DNA of 64,000 nucleotides from a virus (Duplodnaviria; Caudoviricetes). Below, piece after piece: positions 1-8,590 of this stretch (its first letter is position 1; each line of letters opens with the position of its first letter). The stretch is taken from IMG/VR virus record IMGVR_UViG_2935054407_000001, positions 44,968 through 108,967 of that record; one strand, 5' to 3'. Made by a program: the position numbers and the translations under genes. The notes beneath the pieces were generated by a model. The model worked only from the letters and a program-made list of their open reading frames with translations, had not been told where the DNA came from and did not search any database.

Positions 1-1418
1 ATTTGCCGGAGTACGTCGTCGGCGGGCACGGCCTCGGGGAGCGCCTGGGCCTGCTGCGCGGCCTTCTCTCCGAAGAGCTGGCCGACGAGTCCGGTACCGG
101 CCGCCGCGCGTCCGCTGGCCTTGATGGTCATGGAGAAGCCCTCGTTCTCGGCGGCCACCTTCTTCTCAATCATCTTGTCGAGCAGCTCCAGCTCACGTGA
201 CAGGTTAGGGTCTGCGTAGCCGCCTTCCTGCTGCTCAGCGGCATACATCGTGGCGACACGCTGGGCCTGGATCTCGATTCCCATCTCCCGGATTCGCTGA
301 AGCTGCTCAACCGTGCGGGCCTCCACGGGTAGCTTGTAGGCGCATGTGGAGCCGGGATCAAACTCCTGACAGCTCGGGCTCAGGAAGCAGGTGTCACAGA
401 GTCGCTGGCTCTCTCCGGATACGTTGATGAGCCCGATTTTCCGGGTGGTGAAGTTGCCGTCTTCGCCGACAACGCGCTGTTCCACCTCTTCGATCCCGAA
501 TCCGGGGGCGATTTTCGCGGCTTCACGGCGTCGGGGAGTTGCTAGCCTTTTCCGCGCTTCGGAGGGTGGGTTATCAACTGTTTCGTCGTCATTTTCCGCG
601 AAACTCCAACCACGCGATTCAGTGTCCACAGTAACTAGCTTTCTTCCGTTCAAATGGTCGATGTACTGCTGCCAGCTCCACAGCGATAGGCGTAGAAGCT
701 CGTTGGAGTCGCCGGACTCGATCAGCTCGGGATCGAAGCCGTTCTTGGTGAAGAGCTGCCGGTGGCGCTTCCTGGCCTGCTCGGCGTATTTCTTGGGGTA
801 TCTCTTCAGCGCGTTTCCGGTCCAGACGATCGTGTCGTTGTACTGGGCTGGGCTGAGCCATGAGGTGCTGGAGACCGAGTCCCACGGCAGCGCCTCCAGG
901 ACCTCGGGCTTGGTCATGGCCACGCCGTGCAGCTTGACGCCGGAGCGTGCGAGGCTGCGCAGTACCGGCATGATGTCCCGGCCGCCCACGCTCGTCTGAG
1001 GGACGCCTACACGCCCGTGTGCGTCGGCCAGCTCGCGCAGGTGCGGAAGCCCGTCTTCGGCGTGCCAGATCGGCAGGTACTTGTCTCCCGCGATTGTGGC
1101 GATGTCGGCCGGTGCTTGGGGGACGTCCCACTCGGTGACCAGGGAGACGCGGTCAAGGTTGGTCTCGACGAAGGACTGATACTTCGCGGCCAAATCCGGG
1201 AGATCGTACTTTCCGGGATTGGCTCTGACGCTGTACCCGCCGGAGTCGAGAAGGATTTCCGTGTCTTCCCCGAATTTCGTGGACAGGAGCCACGGGCGGG
1301 AGAATTTGACTCGTCTGGATAGTCCGATGAAGGAGAGCGAGACGTGGCGCACTCCCTGGCTGTGCAGGAGGATGCGCCACGATGGAATCTCGGCCCCCGC
1401 GTAGTAGAGGCGGGTCAT
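1..1418 (-). CDS. TGT/DpdA-like TIM-barrel protein fused to a Cys-cluster and helical C-terminal domain (runs off left edge; not in ORF track)
   Basis: Manual translation from ATG 1418, open to window edge: MTRLYYAGAE...ILLDSGGYS...YLPIWH...KLHGVAMT...WDSVSSTSWLS...CDTCFLSPSC-x8-C...GGYADPNLSREL. Confidence 0.75.
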   Translation of the reverse strand, partial: MTRLYYAGAEIPSWRILLHSQGVRHVSLSFIGLSRRVKFSRPWLLSTKFGEDTEILLDSGGYSVRANPGKYDLPDLAAKYQSFVETNLDRVSLVTEWDVPQAPADIATIAGDKYLPIWHAEDGLPHLRELADAHGRVGVPQTSVGGRDIMPVLRSLARSGVKLHGVAMTKPEVLEALPWDSVSSTSWLSPAQYNDTIVWTGNALKRYPKKYAEQARKRHRQLFTKNGFDPELIESGDSNELLRLSLWSWQQYIDHLNGRKLVTVDTESRGWSFAENDDETVDNPPSEARKRLATPRRREAAKIAPGFGIEEVEQRVVGEDGNFTTRKIGLINVSGESQRLCDTCFLSPSCQEFDPGSTCAYKLPVEARTVEQLQRIREMGIEIQAQRVATMYAAEQQEGGYADPNLSRELELLDKMIEKKVAAENEGFSMTIKASGRAAAGTGLVGQLFGEKAAQQAQALPEAVPADDVLRQ

Positions 1419-1433
1419 GGTGAGTGTGCCTGA

Positions 1434-3209
1434 TCAATCCGTGGCGGGCTTGGCGGCTCTGCGGGTGCGCAGCCGACTGGAGCTTTCCGCGCGGGTCTCC
1501 ACGCGCTGGCCGGGACGCATCTGCGTCTGACGGTCGCTGAGACTGCGCTTGTCCCAGGAGAAAGAGCCGTGGACGTGCTCACCTGCGCCGATGGGCTCGT
1601 GTCCCCCTACCTCGATCTTCTCCCCGACCTTCATGGCCGGGTTCACCTTGCCGGTGGCCCGGGGCAGGTTGGGGAGCTGGCGAGCCTGCATGGGGTTGCT
1701 GTGGTGGAGCTGGGACACGGGAGTTCCTCCTGTAGGAGCCGGATTCTTGGTGGGAGTGGTGGGCGTCTTCGGGGCTGACGGCGCGGGCGAGGCGGGTGTC
1801 AGGTCAAGGGACTGCTGGCCATTGCTGGCGGGAGCCTTCGGGGTCCGGGTTCGCTTCGGCTTGGGGGCCGGGATCTGCTGGGCGTTGACCGCAGCCGGTG
1901 TCGCGGGCGCGCTGATCGGGTCGGTGCGCTTCGGTGTGGTGGGCACGGCGTTCGGCGTCGCGTTCCTGGGAACGGTGGGCCTGGGCGTGCTCTGGACGGG
2001 ATCCCCCAGGCGCGAGCGCTGTCCTGCCTGGCGCTTGGGAGCTGGAGCGCTGGGAGCGGTAGCGCGGATCTGATGTGCGTTGACGTGGCCGGTGGCGCGA
2101 ATGTTGGCAGCGCTGGCGTCACCCTCGGCCCGAATTCGGGCTGCCTCGGCCGCGTGGGTCGCGATGGCGGGGGCGTTGGAGGCGGCGTCGAGCTGGCCGT
2201 GTGCAATCTTCCGCGCGGCGTCGGCTCGGCCCTGACCGACCGTGCGGGCGGCATCTGCGCTGCCCTGGGCGCGGACGCGCGAGGCTTCGGCCGCATGGCC
2301 AGCCACGTTCAGACCGCCACGGGCCTTGATCATGGCGGCGTCTACGCCGCCTTGAGCGCGAACGCGTGCGGCGGACGCTTCGTGGCCAGCGGTGGTGATT
2401 CCCGTGTGCGCAGCGGCGGCCTTGCCCCGCGCCCTGATCTGCTCTGCCTCGGCATGTCCTACTGCTCGCGTGCGTGTCGCCTGGGCGTCGTAGTCGGCGG
2501 TGGTGAGTCCGACATGGGCTGCGGACGCCTTCCCGCGCGCCTTGATCTGGTCTGCGTCGGAGATACCGGTGGCACGGATGCGGCTGGCGTCGGCGTCGGC
2601 ATTCGCGTGCAGGCGGACGTTGTCGGCCTTGACCTGACCCTGGAGCTGTGCGCCGTCGGCCGAGCCCTTGCCTCTGCCGTAGGTGGTGGAGTAGCTGACG
2701 TTGAAAGCCGTCTGGGCCTTCGCGTTACCGAGTTTCTGGGCCGCGTCGGCGTTGATGTCACCCATGGCCGCCGCGTGGCTCTGGTTGCTCTGGTGCATCG
2801 CGTCCTGGTGGGAGACGCGCTGAGCGTTGGTCTGGTCCTGGCGGCGCAGTTTGTGGCCATGGGCGAAGTTGTCGCGGCGGGACTGGGTGACCGTGGAGAT
2901 GTCGGCCTGTGCCTCGTCATCGCGGAAGGCGTTCCAACGCTCCTGCGAGCGGTACTGCGACTTGGCGGCATCGCTGGCTCGTGCGGCATCCCAGCGGATG
3001 CGCTGGATGTGCTGTTCCTTCTCGATGTCCTTTCCCACCGAGTAGTCGCGCCTGTCGTAGAAGTCCTGCTGGCGGGTGCGGCGGACGGACTCGCGGTACT
3101 TCTTCTCCCGTCTTTCCTTGAACGTCTGGAAGCCGAACTTGTTGGGGCTCTTGGCGGCGTTGGTGCCCGGCGAAGAGACCGTGGAGTAGTTGAAGGGGGA
3201 TGTGGACAC
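1434..3209 (-). CDS. Ala/Gln/Pro-rich repeat protein (591 aa), function unknown
   Basis: Long ORF with AGGAG RBS; 36-aa duplicated units with 11-residue periodicity and a Pro/Thr-rich tail. Confidence 0.8.
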   Translation of the reverse strand: MSTSPFNYSTVSSPGTNAAKSPNKFGFQTFKERREKKYRESVRRTRQQDFYDRRDYSVGKDIEKEQHIQRIRWDAARASDAAKSQYRSQERWNAFRDDEAQADISTVTQSRRDNFAHGHKLRRQDQTNAQRVSHQDAMHQSNQSHAAAMGDINADAAQKLGNAKAQTAFNVSYSTTYGRGKGSADGAQLQGQVKADNVRLHANADADASRIRATGISDADQIKARGKASAAHVGLTTADYDAQATRTRAVGHAEAEQIRARGKAAAAHTGITTAGHEASAARVRAQGGVDAAMIKARGGLNVAGHAAEASRVRAQGSADAARTVGQGRADAARKIAHGQLDAASNAPAIATHAAEAARIRAEGDASAANIRATGHVNAHQIRATAPSAPAPKRQAGQRSRLGDPVQSTPRPTVPRNATPNAVPTTPKRTDPISAPATPAAVNAQQIPAPKPKRTRTPKAPASNGQQSLDLTPASPAPSAPKTPTTPTKNPAPTGGTPVSQLHHSNPMQARQLPNLPRATGKVNPAMKVGEKIEVGGHEPIGAGEHVHGSFSWDKRSLSDRQTQMRPGQRVETRAESSSRLRTRRAAKPATD

Positions 3210-3220
3210 TTTCGGCTCTC

Positions 3221-3661
3221 CTAGGCGGCGTTCGCTTCGAGCTGGCGCGTGCGGTTCACGGTGGTTTCCAGGTCGGCCCAGGCTTTGAGTCCGGGACGGT
3301 GCCGCAGGTGGGCATAGCGGGGGTGGCTGTAGAGCAGGGTGGGCTGGCCTGCGTCGAACAGGGCGGCGCAGATCGTGGGATCGGGGTCAATGACGAGGTC
3401 GAGCGGTCCGGCGGCGCGGAGCTGGGCAACCTGGTAGAGCCGCTCGGTGTGCATCGGGTGGCCGGGGCGCGGTGTGCTGATGGAGACGTGGCCGGTGATG
3501 TGTTCCAGGCGCAGCCACTCGATGTCGGCCGGGTCGTCGGCCAGCAGGTGCACGCGGTAGCCCTCCTTCATGGCGGCATACAGCGTCCGGCCGTGGTCGC
3601 TGGGCTGACGGCTGATGGGGTCGCGGAGAATGCCCCATATGGTCATGGCGCAGGCGATCAC
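3221..3661 (-). CDS. HAD-fold protein with degenerate motif I
   Basis: MTIWGIL where DxDG(T/V)L is expected; LVIDPDP resembling motif IV; ATGA overlap with upstream gene. Confidence 0.55.
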   Translation of the reverse strand: MIACAMTIWGILRDPISRQPSDHGRTLYAAMKEGYRVHLLADDPADIEWLRLEHITGHVSISTPRPGHPMHTERLYQVAQLRAAGPLDLVIDPDPTICAALFDAGQPTLLYSHPRYAHLRHRPGLKAWADLETTVNRTRQLEANAA

Positions 3662-4608
3662 AGGCGTACTCCTGGGACGGTGCTGAGCTGGGCGCGGAGC
3701 AGCTCGTTGTGGATGTCCTCGATCGAGTGGCTGGGCCGGTCGCGGAGCTGGGAGATGGCGCGTAGCGCGTTGACGACGCCGTTGCGCTTGTGGCTCTGCC
3801 AGCGGAAGTTGGCCCAGTCGGAGTAGCCCGCTCCGTGCTCGGTGAAGGCGGATCTGCGGCCGGTGTGGATGTCCTCGTACAGGGCGGCGGCTTGGGCCTC
3901 TGCGAGGTGCATGACGGTCTGGGAGTTCGTCCAGGCCCCCGAATTCGGGGCGGCCTGCTGGGCGTCCACGGCGGCCTGGTGGAAGCGCTTGACGACCTGG
4001 GCAGCCTGCCGGGCTTCGGCCACGATGGCGCTGTGCCAGTCGGCCGGGAACAGAGAGGCCGGGTCGCTCGGGAGCTTCGGCGGCCGGACGCTCCAGGTGT
4101 CGTCAGTCAGGCAGTACGCGGCGTAGGGCCGGATGGACCTGATGTCGAGCCCAGTGTTGACGTTGACGTAGAACGTCAACTCGTATGCCTTCTGCCCGAA
4201 ACGCGTGTGAGCGGTGCGCGGCCACAGATGGTCGCGGAGCAGTGTGTTGATGTAGGTGGCGGCTTCGCTGTTTCCGAGCCCATCGAAGTTCGGGTTGTGC
4301 TTGCGGAAGGTAATCCAGTCCACGCCGAAAAGGCAGTCGAGGTCACCATTTCCGCGTGAGGCGGCCCACTGATAGGAGACGCCGGATCCGGCTATCCAGA
4401 CCTTGCTCCATGACTGCGGCCGGTGGAAGTGCTGAGTCAGAAAGCCGTACAGGGTGTTGAGGACGTGCGTCCTTACCTCGGGCCGGATTCTGTCGCCCTG
4501 GAAAAGGTTTGGATCGAGGTCGTTGCGTGGCGTCGAGAAGTAGCCGGATTCCCCTTGGGTGATTTCGATTCCGGCTGCTTGACGAAGGAACTTGTTCTGG
4601 ATGGCCAC
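3658..4608 (-). CDS. Pol-beta superfamily nucleotidyltransferase
   Basis: IAGSGVSYQW...GDLDCLFG (hGS...DxD) plus YELTFY as the likely third acidic residue. Confidence 0.8.
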   Translation of the reverse strand: MAIQNKFLRQAAGIEITQGESGYFSTPRNDLDPNLFQGDRIRPEVRTHVLNTLYGFLTQHFHRPQSWSKVWIAGSGVSYQWAASRGNGDLDCLFGVDWITFRKHNPNFDGLGNSEAATYINTLLRDHLWPRTAHTRFGQKAYELTFYVNVNTGLDIRSIRPYAAYCLTDDTWSVRPPKLPSDPASLFPADWHSAIVAEARQAAQVVKRFHQAAVDAQQAAPNSGAWTNSQTVMHLAEAQAAALYEDIHTGRRSAFTEHGAGYSDWANFRWQSHKRNGVVNALRAISQLRDRPSHSIEDIHNELLRAQLSTVPGVRL

Positions 4609-4614
4609 ATACCC

Positions 4615-4646
4615 AGATTACCTTTTTGGCCTTTTAGCTCGTTAGC
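4615..4646 (-). promoter_or_regulatory. Putative late promoter P1 (GCTAAC-N20-TAATCT), leaderless start
   Basis: Matches shared motif; GTG start 6 nt after the -10 hexamer; abuts a terminator. Confidence 0.65.
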
Positions 4647-4678
4647 GCAGAAAGCGCCGGGCGACCGGCGCTTTCTGC
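4647..4678. terminator. Intrinsic terminator hairpin
   Basis: GCAGAAAGCGCCGG / CCGGCGCTTTCTGC 14-bp inverted repeat directly after a stop codon. Confidence 0.7.
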
Positions 4679-4942
4679 TTAGAGGTCTCGTTCCTCTACA
4701 TGTCGCAGGATGACGGCTCCTTCGTTGGCCATCATCTTGATTCGGTATCGCATCTCTGGCCAGTCTCTATGTTCCGCGAATCCGTAGGCGAGGACGATAC
4801 GAATACCGCGTCCGTGGATCCCGCGCAGATTTTCCGGACCACTGACGTAGACAGCGCGCACGGCCGGGTGCTGGAGGTCACGGATCACGAAGTCAGCTAT
4901 GCGCCGCTCTCGCGCGAAAACCAAGTAGGTCGGGTTGTTCAT
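4679..4942 (-). CDS. Hypothetical protein
   Basis: ORF with ATGA overlap to upstream gene. Confidence 0.7.
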   Translation of the reverse strand: MNNPTYLVFARERRIADFVIRDLQHPAVRAVYVSGPENLRGIHGRGIRIVLAYGFAEHRDWPEMRYRIKMMANEGAVILRHVEERDL

Positions 4943-5280
4943 CGGCCCGGCATCCCGATGTCGTTCATGATCTGCTGGGTGAGTGCCTGGTCCTGGGATG
5001 CTCGGGCGGCGGCCATCATGCCGTGGTGCACCTGGGCGGCCGTCTTCTGCGCCTGGATGTCCTCGCGGGTGACTGCGCAGGCCCCTGAGATCTCATCCTG
5101 CGTCGGCTGCCGTACGACCTTGATCTTGTCGGCCAGCATGGAAGGGTCGTCGGTGGTGAGGATCATGCCATGTGGGGTCATCAGAGTGACGAAGCCCCAC
5201 ACGACCTGAAGCTCTTCCGGCGCGGCGGCCGACTGAGCGGAGGGCGGCAGGTGCAGGGAGGCGGCTCCGGAGCCGTTCAT
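4939..5280 (-). CDS. Hypothetical protein
   Basis: ORF coupled to both neighbours. Confidence 0.75.
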   Translation of the reverse strand: MNGSGAASLHLPPSAQSAAAPEELQVVWGFVTLMTPHGMILTTDDPSMLADKIKVVRQPTQDEISGACAVTREDIQAQKTAAQVHHGMMAAARASQDQALTQQIMNDIGMPGR

Positions 5281-5435
5281 CAGGCAGGGCTCCCCACGGT
5301 GGTGTTCTGGCCGTGGGCCGCCTTGAGGTCGTCCAGCTCCCGGTAGGCGTTGTCGCGGGCCGCCTGCGCGTACAGCAGGTCGTAGGTCAGATTGTCAACA
5401 ATGCGCTCGTGCTTTGATCTCCGGATGAACCACAT
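5280..5435 (-). CDS. Small hypothetical protein (51 aa, MWFIRRSKHER...)
   Basis: AGGAG RBS, ATG, TGATG coupling; below ORF-track cutoff. Confidence 0.65.
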   Translation of the reverse strand: MWFIRRSKHERIVDNLTYDLLYAQAARDNAYRELDDLKAAHGQNTTVGSPA

Positions 5436-5444
5436 GTCGTTCTC

Positions 5445-5939
5445 CTATTCGGTGTAGTCGTATGCGCCCTTGGCTGCGGTCTTGCGCTGTTCCACGATCT
5501 GGTGGTACGGGCAGAAATTGCACAGGAAGGTGTTGGGCCGGTTCCTGTGATTGAGCCCGGCTTCCTTGCGCTCGGCCTTGGTGTCGGGCAGGAGACGCTT
5601 GCGGTCGCTCATGTAGTCACCGCAGTTATGCGTACGGTTGTGCTGCTTCCAGCACTTGGCCGCGTCGAGCTGGAAAGTGTTCTTCGAGTCGTAGAAGTGA
5701 TTGCCGAGACCCTCGGCGGACCGTGCATTGATCTGCTCGATGATCTGGCGGCGGATGTTGTTGTCGCGCCAGTGCTCCTCCTTGATGTCCCGGACCAGAA
5801 GGCCGCCAGCGTGCTCGGCGCCGGACGGGAAACGGTGGCGGGAGACCAGGACATCAAGGAGGTGGTCGCCTTCAACGGGGCCTTCATAATCCGGCAGCTC
5901 TTCCATGGAGCCGCAGGTGCCGCAAAGCAGGAGTCGCAT
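5445..5939 (-). CDS. Cys/His-rich putative Zn-binding protein
   Basis: CGTC, CWKQH...C and LCNFCPYH motifs; RBS present. Confidence 0.75.
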   Translation of the reverse strand: MRLLLCGTCGSMEELPDYEGPVEGDHLLDVLVSRHRFPSGAEHAGGLLVRDIKEEHWRDNNIRRQIIEQINARSAEGLGNHFYDSKNTFQLDAAKCWKQHNRTHNCGDYMSDRKRLLPDTKAERKEAGLNHRNRPNTFLCNFCPYHQIVEQRKTAAKGAYDYTE

Positions 5940-5959
5940 AGTGGTTCGGGTGTTCCTTC

Positions 5960-6778
5960 TCAGGTGATGGGGGAGGTCCAGAAAAGAGGCCAGGTAACGG
6001 CGCCGACGAGGCCGTCTGCCTTGATGTTCTTCTCGTCTTGGAAGTCCATGACGATGGCCTTGGTCTTCGGCCCGAAAACGCCGTCCACGGCGATATTCCA
6101 GCCGCGTTCCTTGAGGCGGGCCTGGAAGAGCTTGATGCTCTTCTTGTCCACGGGTGTGGTGCCGGAGTGGGAGCCGGGCGTGGTGATGCTGATGCCGAAG
6201 TAATGGCCAGCGGGGAGCGGGAACCTCGGGGCGGTCTTGACGCTCGGCCGGTCGGCCTTTGCGGGCTCCGGCTCGATCTGGCCGGGCTCTGCATAGGTCG
6301 GGTAGCCGAAGCCGACGATGTTGCGGTAGGAGCGGTACATCTTCCGGAAGCCGTTTTGGACGTTGCCCTCGTAGGTGACGAGCAGGCCGTCAGCGGTCTT
6401 TCCGGCCACGACGCCGATGTGGTCGATGGCGCTGATGCCCTTGCTCGCGCCCCAGTCGAAAAAGGCGAAAGATCCGATGGTGGCGTGGGTGCCGAAACGA
6501 CCCTTCCTGGCGAACCACTGGGCGTGGTAGGGCGTGTAGGCGAAGCAGCCGGTCTGCCTGAGAGCTTCCTCTGCGCCGTCTGCGCCGTTCTTTCGCTTGC
6601 CCGCTTCGTGCGCAATCCAGGCGAGGCTCATATCGCACCAGGCGGCGCCGTCGAATGCGGAATCGTTGACGCGGTCGCCGTACCACTTGCCGTAGGGGGT
6701 GGTGCCGTTCTTGTCCTCGTAGGTGCCGATCTGCTCCTTGGCCACGGCCAGGAATTCACGGGAACTGATGCCGATCAA
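5960..6778 (-). CDS. Endolysin: CHAP domain plus C-terminal peptidoglycan-binding domain
   Basis: AWCDM, DHIGVV, TYEGN (CHAP); VDGVFGPKT...FQ...ADGLVGAVTW (PG_binding_1). Confidence 0.9.
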   Translation of the reverse strand: MIGISSREFLAVAKEQIGTYEDKNGTTPYGKWYGDRVNDSAFDGAAWCDMSLAWIAHEAGKRKNGADGAEEALRQTGCFAYTPYHAQWFARKGRFGTHATIGSFAFFDWGASKGISAIDHIGVVAGKTADGLLVTYEGNVQNGFRKMYRSYRNIVGFGYPTYAEPGQIEPEPAKADRPSVKTAPRFPLPAGHYFGISITTPGSHSGTTPVDKKSIKLFQARLKERGWNIAVDGVFGPKTKAIVMDFQDEKNIKADGLVGAVTWPLFWTSPIT

Positions 6779-6900
6779 TGCCGGTACTCCTCAACGAATT
6801 CGGGCAGCTCCAGCTCGTCCACGACGTGGGTGGCGGGGTCGCGGTCGTGCCCGGTGAGGCCGTTGCCGTGGCGCGGGCGGGCGGGGACGGGCTCAGGCAT
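6775..6900 (-). CDS. Small hypothetical protein (41 aa, MPEPVPARP...)
   Basis: TAGGAG RBS 5 nt before ATG; overlaps endolysin start. Confidence 0.55.
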   Translation of the reverse strand: MPEPVPARPRHGNGLTGHDRDPATHVVDELELPEFVEEYRH

Positions 6901-6916
6901 AGATGCTCCTAACGCA

Positions 6917-6934
6917 TGCCGGTGTGAAAGACGG
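6917..6934 (+). repeat. Dispersed 18-bp motif, copy 1 (18/18)
   Basis: TGCCGGTGTGAAAGACGG. Confidence 0.85.
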
Positions 6935-7090
6935 TTAGCGGACGCCAGAGGTGCGCCGGGAGACGCGGAATTCGATGGCAGTGGGGGCGGAAACGGCGCC
7001 GTCACGGTTCGGCGTGGAGTCGTATTCCGCGCCCTCACGGACGCCCTTAGCGAGACTGGCGTTCATGGATCGCGGCTGCGGATAACTCAC
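6935..7090 (-). CDS. Small hypothetical protein (51 aa, MSYPQPRSMNASLAKG...)
   Basis: GAAGGGG RBS then GTG; downstream of promoter P2. Confidence 0.65.
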   Translation of the reverse strand: MSYPQPRSMNASLAKGVREGAEYDSTPNRDGAVSAPTAIEFRVSRRTSGVR

Positions 7091-7132
7091 GTCCGACCCC
7101 TTCCATTGCTGACGATGAAACGTACAAGCAAT

Positions 7133-7164
7133 AGATTATGGGGACGGATCAGACTTTTTATAAT
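7133..7164 (-). promoter_or_regulatory. Putative late promoter P2 (ATTATA-N20-TAATCT)
   Basis: Shared motif; spacer TCCGTCCCC can pair with GGGGTCGGA over the RBS. Confidence 0.6.
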
Positions 7165-7674
7165 TCAGGTTCGCCACGACGGCATGAAGGCACGCAGGCG
7201 ATCAGCCGTGTATTGGCTCGGGGCGAACTTGTCTTCCTTCTTGCGCAACTCCAGCGGGCCGACGACCTCGGTCTTGCCGTTGTTCACGAGGTACTCATCC
7301 GGATTTCCCTGCGGAGCCCATTTCTTGCCCTGCGCCTGATGCTCCAGCGATGTCGCCATGTTGAAATCACGAGGCCAGTCGTAGTCGCCCGGATCGATCC
7401 GGATCCCCGCATGCGGGCCGGTCGGCCCAGGCCGGGAGTTGATCTTCAGCTTGACGCGGTCCAGCAACCGGTCAGACCGGCGGCTGGGCACAGTACCCAG
7501 ATAGCCGTCCGGGTACTGGGCTTCTGGCGTACGCGGGTCATCACCCGAGCGGCGCGCGTCCAGCACGTCACGCCAGCCGACGGGGAGCTGTCCCCCGCCG
7601 CCGGTCGTGAGTGCCTCGGACTGGCCCGCCCCTTGCGGGACGTACCAGCTATTGGAGTCGTACGGGCGAGCCAT
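7165..7674 (-). CDS. Hypothetical protein
   Basis: 169-aa ORF, coupled to upstream gene. Confidence 0.8.
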   Translation of the reverse strand: MARPYDSNSWYVPQGAGQSEALTTGGGGQLPVGWRDVLDARRSGDDPRTPEAQYPDGYLGTVPSRRSDRLLDRVKLKINSRPGPTGPHAGIRIDPGDYDWPRDFNMATSLEHQAQGKKWAPQGNPDEYLVNNGKTEVVGPLELRKKEDKFAPSQYTADRLRAFMPSWRT

Positions 7675-7910
7675 CAGACCCAGATCGACTTCTGATCGCC
7701 GCTCTGCGGCGGCTGCTCGGAAGCGCCGACGACACCGCCCAGGGCGCGGCCGACGCCGTTCTGTGTCGCGCCAGAGGCGAAGGACCCCACGCGGGAGGCG
7801 GCCCCATTGACAGCCGTGCGCGCGGCTGCGCCACCGGCAGCGCCAGCAGCCTCACCGGCCAGCATCGGCAGCGCTCGGGCGGCGATCGACGCGACGAGTG
7901 GCCACACCAT
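7674..7910 (-). CDS. Small Ala/Gly-rich protein
   Basis: TAATG and TGATG coupling on both sides. Confidence 0.7.
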   Translation of the reverse strand: MVWPLVASIAARALPMLAGEAAGAAGGAAARTAVNGAASRVGSFASGATQNGVGRALGGVVGASEQPPQSGDQKSIWV

Positions 7911-8230
7911 TACATGCCCTGCCCGTACTGCCGACGCGCGTAGAAGTCGCGGTTGCCGATCGCACTGCGGACGAGCCGGGTGTTGCGCAGGTTCGCCTCA
8001 GCGGCCGGGTCGTTGCCGACGACCATCTGAGCGCGCGGGGCGTAGGAGGCGCCGTGGCGCTCGTGGGTCTGACGCCTAACGCCCTCGGTCAGCGCAGCCT
8101 CGATCATGCCGCCGACACCGCCGTGCCGCCTGACCTCCGTGGTGTACGGAGACGAGGCACCCGAGACGTTGTTCACCGTCGCCGCGCTCGTGCCCATAGT
8201 CGGGAACTTGGTCGTGGTCTTGTCACCCAC
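7910..8230 (-). CDS. Hypothetical protein (MGDKTTTKF...)
   Basis: GGAGG RBS then GTG at 8230. Confidence 0.75.
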   Translation of the reverse strand: MGDKTTTKFPTMGTSAATVNNVSGASSPYTTEVRRHGGVGGMIEAALTEGVRRQTHERHGASYAPRAQMVVGNDPAAEANLRNTRLVRSAIGNRDFYARRQYGQGM

Positions 8231-8278
8231 GATTTCCTCCAAAGCGGTTATTTGAAGCCCGAGCAGCGGATCGCTTCC

Positions 8279-8310
8279 AGGCTACGATCAATCCACGAGA
8301 ATCTTGTAAA
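8279..8310 (-). promoter_or_regulatory. Putative late promoter P3 (TTTACA-N20-TAGCCT)
   Basis: Shared motif overlapping the end of the SpoVS-like gene. Confidence 0.55.
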
Positions 8311-8590
8311 CCAGAGCGCTCACCTTGCCGTCAGCCATTTCCACGGTCGTGAAACCGATGCGCGCGGCAAGGGTGATGCCACGCGAGCCGACATACGACT
8401 GAGCGATGGCGATACCCTTCGAGGTCTGGTTCACCGCACCCGCGCCAATGGCTCGCAGAGAAACCTGCTTGCCGTCGTACACCGCGTGCGCGATGGCGCT
8501 GGCCAGCTTCGCTGCGTCACTGCTGGCAGACACGCGCAGAAGAACGCTGCGATCCTCGTTCTTCTCAACACCTGCATTCTCGGAAACCAT
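8288..8590 (-). CDS. spoVS: SpoVS-family (Alba-like fold) protein
   Basis: LRVSASS...LASAIA...LRAIGAGAVNQTSKGIAIAQSYV...GFTTV matches the SpoVS signature; AAGGAG RBS before ATG 8590. Confidence 0.85.
   Translation of the reverse strand: MVSENAGVEKNEDRSVLLRVSASSDAAKLASAIAHAVYDGKQVSLRAIGAGAVNQTSKGIAIAQSYVGSRGITLAARIGFTTVEMADGKVSALVYKILVD

Noticed and set aside
544-575. GATAAC-N20-AAGGCT inside the TGT-like gene, a possible internal late promoter for the C-terminal domain
   Set aside because: Both hexamers deviate from consensus and no convincing downstream start; could be chance in an AT-richer linker
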